A DNA stretch of 64,000 bases from the human T2T-CHM13v2.0 reference genome, Homo sapiens: assembly GCF_009914755.1 (NCBI RefSeq), contig NC_060940.1; one strand, given 5' to 3'. Shown here in pieces: positions 27,340 through 43,164 of this stretch. Numbering within the stretch: the stretch's first letter is position 1; every line of letters begins with the position of its first letter. Under the pieces are notes generated by a model. It saw only the letters and a program-made list of their open reading frames with translations. It made no database searches and was not told the DNA's origin. Position numbers and translations under genes: made by a program.

Positions 27340-28140
27340 ATAGGTACACTGGAAAACAGCCTGGCAGTTCTTCAAAGAGTTAAACCAGTAACCTAAGACT
27401 CTGCAGTTCCTAGGTATAAACCTAAGAGAAATGAAAGCCGATCTGCACGCAAAAACTTGTACACAGATGTTCACAGCAGCATAATTCATGATAGCCAAAA
27501 TGTGAAAACAATCCAAATGTCCATCAACTGAAAAGTGGATAAGCAAAATGTAATCTATCCATACAAGGGAGTATTAATCGCAAAAAAAAAAAAAAAAAAA
27601 AAAAGGGAATGGGGGCTGTGGCATGTACTGTACCGGTAGCTCTGGCTACCTGGGAGGCTGAGGTGGGAGGATCTCTTGAGCCCAGGAGTTTGAGACCAGC
27701 CTGGGCAACATTGCAAGACCCTCATCTACAAAAAAAAAAAAAAAAAAAAAGGAATGAAGTACTGATACAAGCGACAACATGGATGAACCTTGAAAACATT
27801 ATGTTAAATAGAAGAAACCAGTCTTCTATTGTATGATCACACATCGCATGATTCCATCTACATGAAACATCCAGAATACACAAATCCATAGAGACGGAAA
27901 GTAGATTAGTGGTTGCTTGGAGCTAAGGGATGAGGAGGGTGGGGTGGCATGCAGTGACAGCTAATGGATAGAGGTGTTTTTTTTGAAGGAGAAGGGGAAT
28001 GATGACCACTGTTCCAAAACTGATTACGATAATGGCTGCACAACTCTGTGAATGCACTAAAAACTACCGAATTGCATATTTTAAAGGGATAAATTGTACA
28101 GTATGTGAATCACATCTCAATACAACTTTTATTGACAAAA
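27340..28140 (+). mobile_element. L1MB-type 3' end interrupted by FLAM
   Basis: ggaaaacagcctggcagttcttcaaa...caacatggatgaaccttgaaaacattatg. Confidence 0.85.
27610..27750 (+). mobile_element. FLAM (Alu monomer)
   Basis: Single monomer gaggctgaggtgggaggatc.cttgagcccaggagttt followed by poly(A). Confidence 0.85.
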
Positions 28141-28429
28141 AAAAAGAGAAGGTTCACAAAGAAGGGCATTCAAATGGCCAATAAAACCTAGAGAAAAATT
28201 TAACCTCTACTACCAAAGAAAAATACATTTGAAATGATAATCCATTTTTCACCTAAAATTTACTGAAGGCTGAAAATTTTCATAGTCACATGCAGTGTTG
28301 ACCAATATTCAATGAAAATGGCATTCTCCGGGGTTGGTTGTGAAAATAAAACTTAGTTTCACCTTTCTAGGGGAAAAAAGGACTGTAATAAGTATCAGAA
28401 GTTTTTTATAATAACCCAATCCCAATACA

Positions 28430-28610
28430 ACCCAATGAGGCAGGCACTACTCTTACTCAACTCCCTTTACAAATGGAGAAACTAAGATTCCAAGAGGTGC
28501 AGAAATTGTCTGAGATGACACAACTAATAACGATGGGACTGACTCCAGATAGATAGATCATATATCTAACTGCCAATTCTAAGCTCTAGAAAATGACGCA
28601 AAGCTGCCTC
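28430..28610 (-). mobile_element. MIR
   Basis: tttacaaatggagaaactaag. Confidence 0.65.
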
Positions 28611-28714
28611 TACAAAAAGAAAGTGTAAAAAGCAACATCACAAAATGGAGAGTAGCATTTAAAAGGAAGAAAGAAGTGTCGGCCACACAATCCTTGCAGG
28701 TGTAAATCACAACA

Positions 28715-28945
28715 AAACACTGGCTAAGCACTGACTGTATACCAGGCACTGGTTTTTACAAATACTGACTCATTTCATTTTCACAACAGCCCTAAGAAAC
28801 AGGTACTATTATTGCCCCCATTTTGCAGATGAATAAACTGAGGCACAGAGAAGTTGGAAAGCTTGCCAATGCTGACACTGGTCATTGCAGACCTAGGCTG
28901 TGAACTTATCAGTGTGGTCCCAGAACCTGCACATTGCTCACATAC
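28715..28945 (-). mobile_element. MIR
   Basis: cccattttgcagatgaataaactgaggcacagagaagtt. Confidence 0.85.
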
Positions 28946-30233
28946 ACACACACACACCACACTGCCTCTCAAACTCTCCCAAACAGCAGTGACAAATAGA
29001 AGAACATCAGCCCTCCACATACTAGAACTTTTCCCCAACTATACAGCAAATATGTAGACAGATTTTTCCTTTGATTCTCCAATTACCAAACCACATCGAG
29101 GAATACCCCAACTGCATTTTTGCACAGAATTTTTCAAAGAAAAGTTCTCTGAAAATTTTCAAAGAAAAGTTCTCTGAGCCTATTTTACTTTGGAGACACT
29201 AAATATACTAAGCTGAATTTCTCAGGGAAGGAGAGCTTAATTTCAGTTATTACTTTTAATAGGTATTTAATGCAATAGTGAGAATAACTGCAGCCATTTA
29301 TTCTGGCATGAGGCTTTCACTGCACACAGATCCCCCCACTAAACTTCATTTACGAAAAATGAAATGATCTAAATAAGGGGCCATCAGGTGGTCATAAAAT
29401 ATGAGCACCTAATGGAAAATTATTTGGTTTCTAATCATTTCTTTTGTGCTCAAGGCATCCCAAAAGACTTTTCAGACAGTGAACAAGGTAGACAAGGCAT
29501 AGAAGGTGGAAGCGGCCAAGGCTATGCACGCTATAAAAGCACGTGTCTATGCAGTCACAGGATGCTGGAGAATGCAACTGAAATGCCAGCTTGTGGCAGA
29601 GTAGTCATTCTGCCAATATTCACTGGGTGCCTACTATATGCCAGGCACTGAACAATCTCTAGCTTTTCTAAAAAGTACGAAAAGGAGCTGGGGTTGAGTT
29701 GTCACCAAGTGGCACCTTGTTCACTGTGCAGTGTCACAGTCTCGCCTCTGTCTGCTACTGCAAATATTAGTGAAAATGGCTTCTCTGGAGCAACTTTACG
29801 GATGCAGGGCTGTATGAATACTGAGCTCTTAAAATGAATTAACCCATGTAGTCTTCCTATCAATCCTGTTTGTTAGACCATTTCTACTCCTCCCAGTTCA
29901 TATAAGCTAACACCAGGATTCTAAAAGGCAAAGCCCATTCCCCCACTGCCACACCAGTAACAAGAGAAACAGTTTGAACCCTAGCCTGATGACTTCACAG
30001 CCCATGTTCTTAGTAAGTCAAACAGCCACACTGTGGCCAATGAAGGGAAACAGAACATACTAGAGATCCTGACAATATCCGAAACTTGGAATTCCCCTCC
30101 ATTCCCTCTCTCTCTCCCTATTCACTGGCCATCAGACCTGGCTTCTAAATATCTCCTGAACTTGGTCCACTCATCACTATCCCCAACATCAACACCTCAA
30201 GTGTTTCTCACCTGCACTAACCAGTGTCCATGT

Positions 30234-30540
30234 GTCTTAGACTATTCAGGCTGCTATAACAAAATACCATAGACTGTGTGATATGTAAACAATAGGAATT
30301 TATTACTCACAGTTCTAGAGGCTGGGAAGTCCAAGATCAAGGCCCCAGTGGATTCAGGGTCTGGTGAGGGCTCTTTCCTCCCAAACAGTGCTTCTAGCTA
30401 TGTCCTTGCATGGCACAAGGCACGATCAAGGTCCCTCTAGCCTCTCTATAAGGGTACTAATCCCATCTATGTGGGCCCACCTTCTAATACCATCCCCTTT
30501 GGGTAGGATTTCAACATATAAATTTTGGGGAGACATAACT
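30234..30540 (-). mobile_element. MLT1A-type MaLR solo LTR
   Basis: tgtcttag..ggctgctataacaaaataccatagactg...ggctgggaagtccaagatcaagg. Confidence 0.85.
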
Positions 30541-30579
30541 TCCTGGATGAGAAGGAAGTAATCTGGCTTCCTGGATGAC

Positions 30580-30790
30580 ATGTAGCATAACACCATGGAA
30601 TTAGGTCGCCTGGGTTCAGATCCTGCCTCCTCCATGCTGTACTAGCTTTGTAACTTAGTTTTTCAGTCTTTCAATGTTTCAGTCTTCATATTTGTAAAAG
30701 ATGCTTTAGGATTAGAAGAGATAATGCAGATAAAACACTTAGAAAATGGCATATAATAAGTATCCATAAATATTAGCTATTGTTATTAGT
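30580..30790 (+). mobile_element. MIR
   Basis: cctgggttcagatcctgcc...gagataatgca..taaaacacttag. Confidence 0.7.
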
Positions 30791-33275
30791 ATTATATTAT
30801 GTACAACACCTATCAAAAACAAGTCTGGCCACCAGCCTCCTACTTGAAAATATTCAAAGGCTCCCTTTTACCTCTGAATAAAGTCCAAACTTCCTAGTAT
30901 GGAATAGAATGGCCTTCATCAAGCAGGCCCCAAATACCCATCACATATCATCAACCACAGTCCCCCAGTCCATGGGCTACAGCCATGCCCAGAGCCAGTG
31001 ACTCTACATTTCACAAGTAAATGAAAGAAATGGAGGAATTTCAGTGCTTAGGAGCACCTGCATTCTGGGATAGGATCGCATTCTAATCAGCTGTCATTTA
31101 TTACATCATTATGTGATTGAGAGGATGGCTCAAAAGGCTACAAGACTAGAAAACTATTAGTAAAAGCATGAGTTAATGGAGGTGATGCTGAAAGCCAACA
31201 TCTATTGAGCACTCACTATATGCAAGTAACTATACTAAAGCTTAACAAGCATTGTCTCAACTAATTCTCAAACTATAAAAGGTGGGTATCATTATCATCC
31301 CTTAGTGTTGGCCAAATAAAAGAAGAGTTACTCTATTGCTAGCTGCCAGTGACGACAGCCAAGTGGGTTAGAGAATGGACCCTGCACTCACTGATATTAG
31401 GCTGTCACCATGAACATAGGGAGGAACCTTCAGCAGACAATGTAAGCTTCTGGTCATGTCAACAGGAAGTACAAACTTCTCCCAGCTCCCTTCCTCCCCA
31501 GGCCGAAAGATGTGAACAGGAAACCAGTACTTTTATGGGTAGAATCTCAGTTCAACTCCCAACACTGGGCAAATAGCATGCCTTTATAGAGACGATAAAA
31601 CTAAATAATAACAATAATAAGGTATTTGCATAGGTGAAATTAAAGAGATTAAACTGAAAAAGAATCAGATTATTCATTTCCTAGTACTAAAAACAAAATC
31701 AGACTTTATAAACTACACAACACGTATTCTTAATGATATTGAGAATACCACACCCACGAAATGGAAATAAGGGTTTAAGAATAAGAGGACTACACAACTT
31801 TAAAATGAAATGGATTTTTCTGCTCATTTATATTAGAAAGTGTCAGGTTTTACAAAAACAACAAAACTACTTTGCAAAATAAATGGAGTTAGCAATGGTC
31901 ACTGCAGAAAACCGAATGTGTTAATTAAAAGACGAGTTAAAACAATTGTCTGAGAATTAAGGATGAAAAAAAATGATAGGCAAAATGACAGAAATAGTAA
32001 AAAGTATCTCCAGAAAAACTAAAATATATTAAGCCATGCAACATGAGTTAATAAAGTAATAATCAATCATATAATCCTGAAGGACTTTACTGCAGATTAA
32101 AAGATTAGGTACCAAGTTATGTTAATGAAAACTCTATACCTGGATATATACTTCAGAAAACTATGTATTTAAAAGGTAAAGAAGAAATCTTACAAGAACC
32201 AGAAGGAATTATTCATTTTTTAAATCATGTTAGCATCAGACTTCTCCTCCACACCATGGTTTTCAAAGAAATAATGTGCAACAAAATCTTCACAACCAGC
32301 CAAGCTAAATATTGTATGTAGAAAAACAAAAGAAAAAAATACATTTTCTATTTTCAGATCTGCTAAAGCCCAGAAAGTATACCACCCATATATTTTTCCT
32401 GCCCACAAAAAAAAATAGAATTATACCACTGACTACAAAGTGAACTGAAACAATAAATTCAAAAATGGGGCAGATGTGCCATAAAATAATTCATGATAAG
32501 CAAAGATAAATGTAAAATTTAGACTTGATGTCTAATTCTTGTCAATGTCAAAGCTAAGTTTTAATTTTTTAAAATAAGACATACAATACTTTTAAATCTA
32601 CAGAAAAATATACAAAATCCTATTATGCCATCAAAAACTAGGGAAAAGATTAGACACAACCACTAAAGATTTTGTCTCATTCTTAAAAAAGTAAAATAGA
32701 GGAAGAGAAGAAATTAAACGATTAGACAGCCAAGATCTGGGAGAAAACAGAAAGCCAGGAAATGAATCCAGAATCAGAGCCACTGGAGGACATTTTCTAA
32801 ACCAGAAGAGTCAGCTGACAAAAGTTGGGAATACTGGGAATCCCACTGGGACCCCAAAAGGCTGCACTCTAGGAGTAAGGGTAAATGGTAAGTAACCCAA
32901 ACTCATAAAGACCATTTCCTAGTTTTGATTCATCTGAACTCCCCAGAAAAGAATCTCCATCTTTGTAAGTGGTTTAAGATGATCCTATATTTCTCCACTG
33001 TCTGATAAAAGCAGATGAAAATCCAATCTATAGAAAGTAAAACCACACTAGGCCTCAGTTCAGTTCTACAAATATTTCTTCCAAATGCAATGTCAAGTAT
33101 ACAATCAAAATAAAACAGACAGGTGTGACAAGAAGATGAGAACTGGCAAAAATAGCCCAGGGTCTAGGGGGACTCCAGATGTTGAAATGTCAAACACACA
33201 CCTTAAAATAAGGATGCTTATTATGTCCAATGAACTAAAAGTCAACAATGAAATTTCAACATACAAACGAAAACT

Positions 33276-33592
33276 GGCCAGTGCAGTAGATCACCCCTGT
33301 AATCCCAGCACTTCGGGAGGCCGAGGTAGGCGGATCACTTGTGGTCTGGAGTTTGAGACCAGCCTGGCCAACATGGTGAAACCCCGTATCTACCAAAAAA
33401 TACAAAAATTAGCCAGGTGTGGTGGTGCGCACCTGTAATTTCAGCTTCTTGTGAGGCTGAGGCAGGAGAATCACCTGAACGCAGAAAATCGCTTGAATCC
33501 GGGAGGCAGGGATTGCAGTGAGCCAAGATCACACCACTGCACTCCAGCTTGGGTGTCAAAGAGTGAGACTCCATTTCAAAAGCAAAAAAAAA
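33276..33592 (+). mobile_element. AluS with internal ~19-bp duplication
   Basis: Full dimer; TSD aaa(c/t)gaaaact. Confidence 0.9.
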
Positions 33593-34308
33593 ATGAAAAC
33601 TAAAAAACTGCAGAGCAGATTTCTAGAAGTAAAAAATATAATGCCCAAAATTAAGGCCTCAGAGAAAGAGTTTTAAGACAAACTAGACACTAGAAACCAG
33701 ATTTAAAAATTAGTGGATTATGTAAACTGAAATAAGAAGGAAAGAGAAAAACTGCTTAGGAGACAAAGAGGATACAGTGATGGAGAATAACTGCATATGA
33801 GGGGAACACCAGCAGAACCAGGGAGAATAAGGAGAAAGAGGAAATGGCTGAGCATTCCCCTAAACTGATGGAAAATATTAACTTCACAAATTCATGTAGC
33901 CCCACAAACACCATGGCAGCCAGAAGACAATGGAATGTCATCTTCAATCCACTAAGGAAATAACTGCAGTCCGATAATTCTTTACTTCATGAAAAAACAT
34001 CCTTCAAAACTAAATGTGAAATAAAGCTTTTTTAGGCAAATAAAAATGAGGAAAATTTTACTAAAGGTAATAAAAAAGAGTGTTTTTTAGAAAATAATTT
34101 CAGGTAGAAGGCTGGACATGGAGAGGGAAGTAAAGACACAAAAATGAAAAACTGGAGAAAGTCAAAAGAATAATAACAATTTCCAATGGGGCTTAAAATA
34201 TACAGAAATAAAACACTCAAAAACAACAGCACTTAAGACAAATGTGGATAAACTGGATTCAAGATGTCTAAGGTCTCTGAATTGTCTGGGAATAGTGCAA
34301 ATTGCAAT

Positions 34309-34603
<295 letters not shown>

Positions 34604-36039
34604 CAAAATGCCAATTAAAATTAGAATTTAACTCAAGTATACATATTGTAATTTCTAGAGTAACCACTAAAAGAAAAGAAAAAATAACAGAAAAAATGGA
34701 ATAATGTTCTCAGTCAATAAAAAGTAAGGCATGAAAGTAGAGAAATAGGAACATAGAATAGGTGGGACAAAAAGAAAGCACACAGTGCAATGGTAGTTTT
34801 AAGCTCAAATATATGTATAATTATATTAAATATAACTGGTCTAAATATTCCAATTAAAACATAAAGGTTATCAGATAGAATTTTTTAAACCTAACTGTAT
34901 GCCATTTACAAAGATACATGTAAAACATATGCATACAGAAAAGGTGAAAACAAAATGACAAAAAAAGAAATGCTCTGCAAATTTTATTAAAAGAATATGA
35001 TGTAGCTGTACTAATATCAGATATTTTTTAAAACAAAAAGTTTAACTAGAGTTAGAAAGTGGAATTTTTTATAATGGCAAAAGGATCAATTTCCTAGGAA
35101 CACAGAAAAGTTATAATTGTGTATGCACTTAATATCATAAAATATATAATGTAAAAATTGGCAAAACTATACCAAAATACAAAATGTAAAAATTGACATT
35201 ACAAGGAGAAATAGACATTTCCATAATCGGAACAGAGATTTTTCACACATGCCTCTCAATAAATGATAGAACAATCAGACCAAAAACGCAGCAAGGTTAA
35301 ATATCTGAATACACAATTAATATAAAATATATAATCTTGACCTAAAACACACATAGAATGCTGTGCCCAACAGCTGCATGCATGAAACATTTACAAAAAG
35401 TAGTCCCACACTAGGTGATAAGGCAATTCTGATACATCTTAAAGTTAAATATCAGAGTATGTTCTTTAATGATAAAATTGAAAGTACAATAAAATAAAGA
35501 TGACAGAAAATCTTCATGTTTGAAAATTAAGAAATATACGTCGAAACAAAAATGGAAACTAGAAGTGTTTTAAACTCAGTAATCATAAAAGATTATATAT
35601 TAAAACTCGTATGACATACTTAAAGGCATGCTTAAATTAAAATGTACAGTTTTAATTTATATATTTAGGAGCAATGGCAGGCTGAAATCTAATGAACTAA
35701 ACAACCATGTCAAGAATTTTTTTAATAAAACAAGCACAGAAAAAGTAGAATGAAGAAAATAATAAAGATAAGAGCCTCAGTTTAGTTCTACAAACAGATA
35801 GGTTTATAGAAGCAAGGAAGAGAATATTAAGAACAACCTTTATGTATATGGGAGCTCTGGGGTGCTGGCAGCGTTCTATAAGGTGAAGACTTGATAATGA
35901 AACAGGTATTTACTTTATAATTCATTAAAGTGCACATTTATAATTTTGGCAATAAATAAATGCATAAAAGTAAAGGAAGAAAAATACACAAGGAAAATAA
36001 CAGAAATCAGAAGTGACAAAAACAAAGAAAATTTATTTG

Positions 36040-36553
36040 ATACATACACATAAACAATGGAATACTATATAGACTTTAAAAAGAAGGAAATTCTGTCATT
36101 TGCAACAATACGGATGGAACTGGAGAACATTATGCTAATAAGCCAGGCGCTGAAAGACAAATGCTATGCGATCTTATTTATATGTGGAATCTAAAAAAGT
36201 TGATCCCACGGAAACAGAGAGGAGAAAGGGGGTTATCAGAGAATGGGTGGGGGAGGATGGGGGAAGGAAGGAGGTTGATCAACAGGTGCAAAGCTTCAGT
36301 TAGACTGAAGGTATATGTTTTAGTGATCCACAGCACTGCACTGTGACCACTGTTAATAACAATGTATTATATACTCCAAAACTGCTAAAATAGATCTTTA
36401 ATGTTCATACCACAAAAAAAAGATAAATTGGTGAGGTAACAGATATGTTAATTAGCTTGATGGAATCTTTCTGTAATATGTATATAGAGATCAAGACATC
36501 ATACTGTACCCCATAATAAACATAATTATTATTTCAATTAAAAATAAAAAATA
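36040..36553 (+). mobile_element. L1MA 3' end
   Basis: aagaaggaaattctgtcatttgcaacaa...tatgttaattagcttga...caattaaaaataaa. Confidence 0.85.
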
Positions 36554-38590
36554 AGTGTAGCAGGAGGATATTATTTGGGGCAAATCTGAAGAGTATTTTC
36601 AACACTTCATAAGATGAAACACAGTATACTCAAGGTCAATAGGAAGGTCAGAATGAGCAAAGCACAAAAAATAAAGGTAAAAGTAGTAAGATACATGAAG
36701 AGGCCAGGATAGGAAGGAGAAAAGGCATAGAAACTGACTGAATTTAGCTAAATATTAAAAAAAAAAATGCCTTATCACCAAGTAGGACTTACTCTAAGAC
36801 ACAGAAGGTTAGCATTAAGAAATCTGTGAATAGATTATATCACCAAAAAGATTTATTTCTATAGAAAGAAATATTATTTCAAATTAGGTAACTATATTAT
36901 ATCTTCATTTCTTGAACATATAATTACATATATTCAACATAATTACATATGTTCAGGAAATCAGAAAAATGCCCATGCACAGTCCCTTTCTGAAAGAGCT
37001 ACTATAAGAAATACTTCAGCATCTTGAAACAGAAGTCCAAGAAAAAGAAAACAATGGAATATATAAAAATATATTATAAGTGAAGATATAAGTAAATTTA
37101 TATTTAAATCTAAATAATTGTTCATTATTTAACTATTATACTTGAGGAAATGTTAAAGATAAAATGCTTAAGGAAGTAGGTATGATACAAAACCACAATA
37201 GTAACAAAAATCTGTATATACAGTTTAAATAATTAAATTAAAAGTTACGGGAAGGGGACTAGTAGAGAAGAAATAAAGTGTCTAAGGAGCTTGCCTTTTT
37301 CAAGGGGGGTGGGTTGTAACAATTAATTAATTCTAGACATTGGTAGAAAAAAATAGCTTCAAATATGTTTGTAAAGGATTTAAGAACAGCCATTACAAAA
37401 ATAAGAAGCATATATATAACTACTAGAACACTTAAAGAAAAAAGAAATAGCACAAATAATCCCAAGGAAAGGAAAAAAGGAAAGAATGATCAACAGAAAA
37501 TATAACATATGATGTCATAAATAATTTGAAACATATCAATATTTGCAATAAATATTTGCATGGAAACCTAACAAATACATCTAGAAGGAGAACCTAAGAC
37601 TTCAGACTAACTCTCATCTTATGGCAAAGCCAATAACGATCTACAGAATTTACTTGATATAGTACTTAATAAGCTTTATTTAATAGGTATATATCTATAT
37701 CTTAATTATTAATACATATTTATTTATATAAAATAAATATCAACTTTTGTGCTGTCCAGAGGCTTTGTATTTTTCTCAAACATCAAAATATTGGTCATAC
37801 ATTATTAGGTCACAAAAATTCAGTAACACTGCAAAAGAAGTTACGTATATGTCATAACCTCTGGTCATAATGCATAAAAACTTGAAGTTATATGCAACAA
37901 AAAAACAAACAATAATATTAATTTGATTATACAGCAATTTAAAAACACCCTCCCACGTTAATTCTTCAGTAAAAGAGCAAATTAGCAACTGAAAGTACAT
38001 TTTACTTAGAAAAATACATATCAATTAGAAGACAACATAATGAAACTTCTGCAGTTTCTCTGTCAATTTTCAAACATCAAACGTGAAAATAAGTAAGTTA
38101 AGCACTCAATTCAACTAGCTAGAAAATTAAAAACAAATTAAGCCTGAAAAGAATAGATGTTTTGGAAATAATTTGGTGAATCTGTTATAATCTAGAAAAG
38201 ATGAATATACACTAGGATTCAGGAATACCACAGCTAAGAATTTATCTTCAATAATCTTTGGCACGGATATACTAGGAAGGAGCTACAAAAAAATATTCAT
38301 AGCAGCCGTCTGTAATATCAAAGCATGAAACAAAACAAGAAATCGAAATGATCCCAAAAGTCTATTGATAATGGAATGTATAAATAAATTCCATACACTT
38401 CCATCCATCTTTTATTTATATATTATATACTGTAATTTTTGTATCTGTATATTATATATTATATATTTTAATATTTTGTGTATTTATATTTTAACGTACA
38501 TTTGTATATTCTTATAATGATATTAACATGGATAAATCTTAAAAGCATAATGTAGAGTAAAAAAAGCAAGATGCAGAAGAATTCATATAA

Positions 38591-38972
<382 letters not shown>

Positions 38973-39199
38973 CATGTAAAATTATTTTTTAAAGTCAAGA
39001 AAATAAGCAGAAATTCAGAAGAAGAGTTAACCTCTTGGGGAGACGGAAGGAGTACACTGAGAAGGGGGCACACAGAGGACTAGAAAGATGTCCTTTTTTA
39101 AAACTATGTGTCGAGTACACTCAATATGATTATTAAATTATACATATATATTTTTGTTTGCATATTATCTAGTTCATAATTAAAAGTAGAAAAAAAGTA

Positions 39200-41790
39200 A
39201 ACAGATGAAGGAATGAATGATAAGTCAGAGAAACACTGAAACAGAGCAAGAAAAGACTGCAATGGGAAAATAAAGCTAAAAATTGATTTTACAGAAAAAA
39301 AAATCTATTTAAGAGACAAGCTTCTGGCAACACAAAAAATATGAAGAAAAGAGAAAGTACAAATCTACAACCTTAGGAAAGAGATGAAGGGTATAACCAA
39401 ATATATGGAAGAGATATTCTGAAAATACATTTTGTACATTTTCAGATAAATGTTAAAATAAGAATAAAATGATGTTCTTACTAATATAAACTACCAAGAA
39501 TTATTAAAGAAGTGAAAATATGAAAAAAATCAAGTCACTGAACATGCTGTCTAAATTGTCCCAAAAAAATACAGACACACAAAGTATCATAACCAACTTA
39601 TTTCTTTCATAAAGCATTCCAGAGAAAGCTTAGTTGACATGTTACATAAGCTATTCCTAAAAACAGGAAAAAAATTAATCAATTAATCTCATGAAACCAG
39701 CATTAATTTGACATTAAAAACTTGATTAAATTAGCACATACAAAAAAAGAGATACTCAATACTAAAATTCTAAACACTCACAGCTGCTGGCTGAAACTTA
39801 GCATAATACTAAAATAAAAAAAAATGTATTATCATCAAGTGTGTGTGCTATTAAATATGGAAATTTTTAAAAAAATCTGTTACTAAATTATACCTAGTGA
39901 TAATGGGGAAGAGTATACGATCACTCCAGTAAGTATCAAAAATGAATGTAATAAAATGGAATATCCATTCTTTGTCAAGAAGAAAAAACAGTAAACTAGC
40001 TGTAGAAACTTTAACAGGAAAAATAATATCTACTTTATATCAATAGCCACTTCTTTAATTCATGGTGAAACAAAAAGCAGTTTTATTGAATGAGAAACAA
40101 GAAACATGAATACTAGCTATTACACTATAATTTAGCATTTCTGAGAATTCTAGCTAATAAAATAAGAGTAGAAATATATATAAAATTATAACTGACAGAA
40201 AGACAGGTAAGATGATATAATTTAAGCATGATGTGACTATCTTATATAAAATTATAACTGACAGAAAGACAGGTAAGATGATATAATTTAAGCATGATGT
40301 GACTATCTTAAATTCCAAAAGGAACTGAATTATAAAACCCTCTTCACAAAGGCAACAAAACTCTAAACTGTCTAACAAACTTAGGATCTGTATCAAGAAA
40401 ACTAGAAAACTTTCCTAACACATACAAAAGAAAGTCTTTTGGGGAGAAATATTATGTTCTTTAATCATAAGACTCAGTATCACAGAGGTATCAACTTTAT
40501 CCAAAGTTACGTATAAGTTTAGTACAATTAAAAGAAGTACCTCATCTGAAAACTTTATCAACAGAAATAAACAAAAAATTTTGGAAAGAAATGGACTTGA
40601 ATTACCAAATAATAAAATGTGTTCTAAAAGCACAATAATGGAAATTGTAGAACAGAGTAGAATGCCTGGAAACAAACTCATATTAATATGTTACAATTTC
40701 ATCAATGACAAATCGGACATTTCAAGTCAGAGGGAAAATAATGACTCATTTAATAAGTGGACTGAAACGAAAGATCAACAATCACAGAGACCATATCCCT
40801 ACTTCACATAATACAGCAAAACAAATTTCAGCTATATTAAATTTCCACTAAAATGGGCAAAAATTATGCCATAAAAGACTAAGAATAAATGCTTACATAT
40901 TTTGTCATGAGGATAGCCTTCCCCTCACTCCAAGGAAGGAATGTAGGAAGAAAAGAAGGAAGGAAGGAGGAAGGGAGGAGAACAGTGAGATGAGAAAGAA
41001 GCACAAAAATATACATTAATCTGCCATAAATGTTTAAATTACTCTCCTTTAAAAAATCCACAATAGGCAAAATGAAGAGCTATTCAGAATGAAAAATAAG
41101 TATTTTTGTTAATGTATGTGACAGACAAGAATTAAACCCATTAATGGTTTTAAAAATCTTTCTATTATCAATAAGAAATGAAAAACACCTCTCAAGTTGC
41201 ATTTTTTAAATAATACGAGTAGTGCTGAGAGCCTCATGAAATAAACATGTCTGTTATTGCTAGCAATATCCTTCCTGGATGGCAAGCACATGATTTCTGG
41301 AGAGTAATTTGACAGTATTATCAGAAGTCTTTACCAAGGGCATACTCATTGACATTCCACATCTAGAAATTTATCATAAGAAAATAACAGCAATATATAC
41401 AAAGATTTGTAGAGAAAGCTTATACCCCTGTTTAAAATACTGAAAATTTCAAAAAAAACCAAGTATAAAATCTAATATACTAAAACAAAGTGATAAAATA
41501 TATGGTACAGCATATTAAAATTATGTTATAGAACACTATTAAATGAAGTAAGGAAATACTTATATTGTTAAAAACAGTTGCAAAAATTGTATGGCCAATA
41601 ATTGTATATATGTAGTTAATACATACACATTTGAAGACTCCCATGTAAGTGTAAAGACAGACTAGAAGGATATACATCAATGTTAATGGTGAACACTGCT
41701 AAATTAACAAATTATGAGTAAAATGTGTTTTCTGTATTTTCTATATTTTTTAAATTTTTGATAGTGAACATGTATCTGCTTTATAATCTG
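39200..41790 (+). mobile_element. Old L1ME ORF2 to 3' remnant
   Basis: Degenerate ORF2 motifs (catgaaaccagcattaatttgac, gagaattctagctaat). Confidence 0.6.
40177..40310. repeat. Perfect 66-bp tandem duplication
   Basis: tatataaaattataactgacagaaagacaggtaagatgatataatttaagcatgatgtgactatct occurs twice. Confidence 0.95.
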
Positions 41791-42145
41791 GTTTTTAAAA
41801 TATACTTATTAAGAAAGCATATAATGAAGAGAAGAAAATGAGTTAAGATAGTAGAGAAGATGACACATGAACACCTATGACTGTATCTGATTGCAAACCT
41901 CCAGTCCCAAACTTCATATAATCTAAGGACCTGAAAACAATCTTATAAAGAAAGTTGTAAAACTGTGACCAGAATTTTTTTTAATCATGAAAAATAAGCC
42001 TTGCATGCAGAACAGCAGCACTCTGATATTACCATTCTACAAACTTCTAAAAGATTTCTGTGAATTTTTCGTAAAAATTCTAAAATGCATTTTTTAAAGG
42101 TCAGATTTTAGGTGTATACAATAATGTGAAGTGATTTATCAATAA

Positions 42146-42557
<412 letters not shown>

Positions 42558-43164
42558 CAGATGTACAATATCTTAAAAGCATTTGACAAAATTGTCCACA
42601 TCATTTCGAATACTATTCTATACTACTATCAACAACATAAGGCTAATGTCAGTAAGAATAGCAGACTAAGGATCTCCAAAAATTCTCTCTCCTCCACAAA
42701 TGCAATGAGAAAACTGGAAAAAAAGTGTTGGAATCAACTTATTCTGACCTGTAGATGTTAATAAATCAAGAGGTATTTGTTCAAAAAAATGGCTCAATCT
42801 CAGTAAGAACAGCAAGCTTTGTGATGTCTTAACTTACCCTATTTCATGACCGATACTCACTTTGTCCAAAACACTTCTCTATGTTACCTGTGGTAAAGCC
42901 CAGAAATAATAAGCCCCCATAAAAAGGAAAGAGGATCCAAACAGATTTTCAAAATTACTTCAATAGGCTAAAAGTGGCAGAGTGAAATTTAACATAAATC
43001 ATTACACAATACACATCACATCAGAAAACCAAAGAAAAGAACATGCTAGAAAAGGCCCTACATCCGTTACTGGGAACTGTTCGTATGAAAAGTTGGAGAA
43101 GTTCTAACTGACTTCAAGATTCCTATAACCCAACCAAATAACAAAATGATTTTTTTAAATACTA

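Noticed and set aside
29455-29487. 33-nt plus-strand microexon candidate
   Set aside because: Weak donor (gtagac) and opposite to the inferred host strand.
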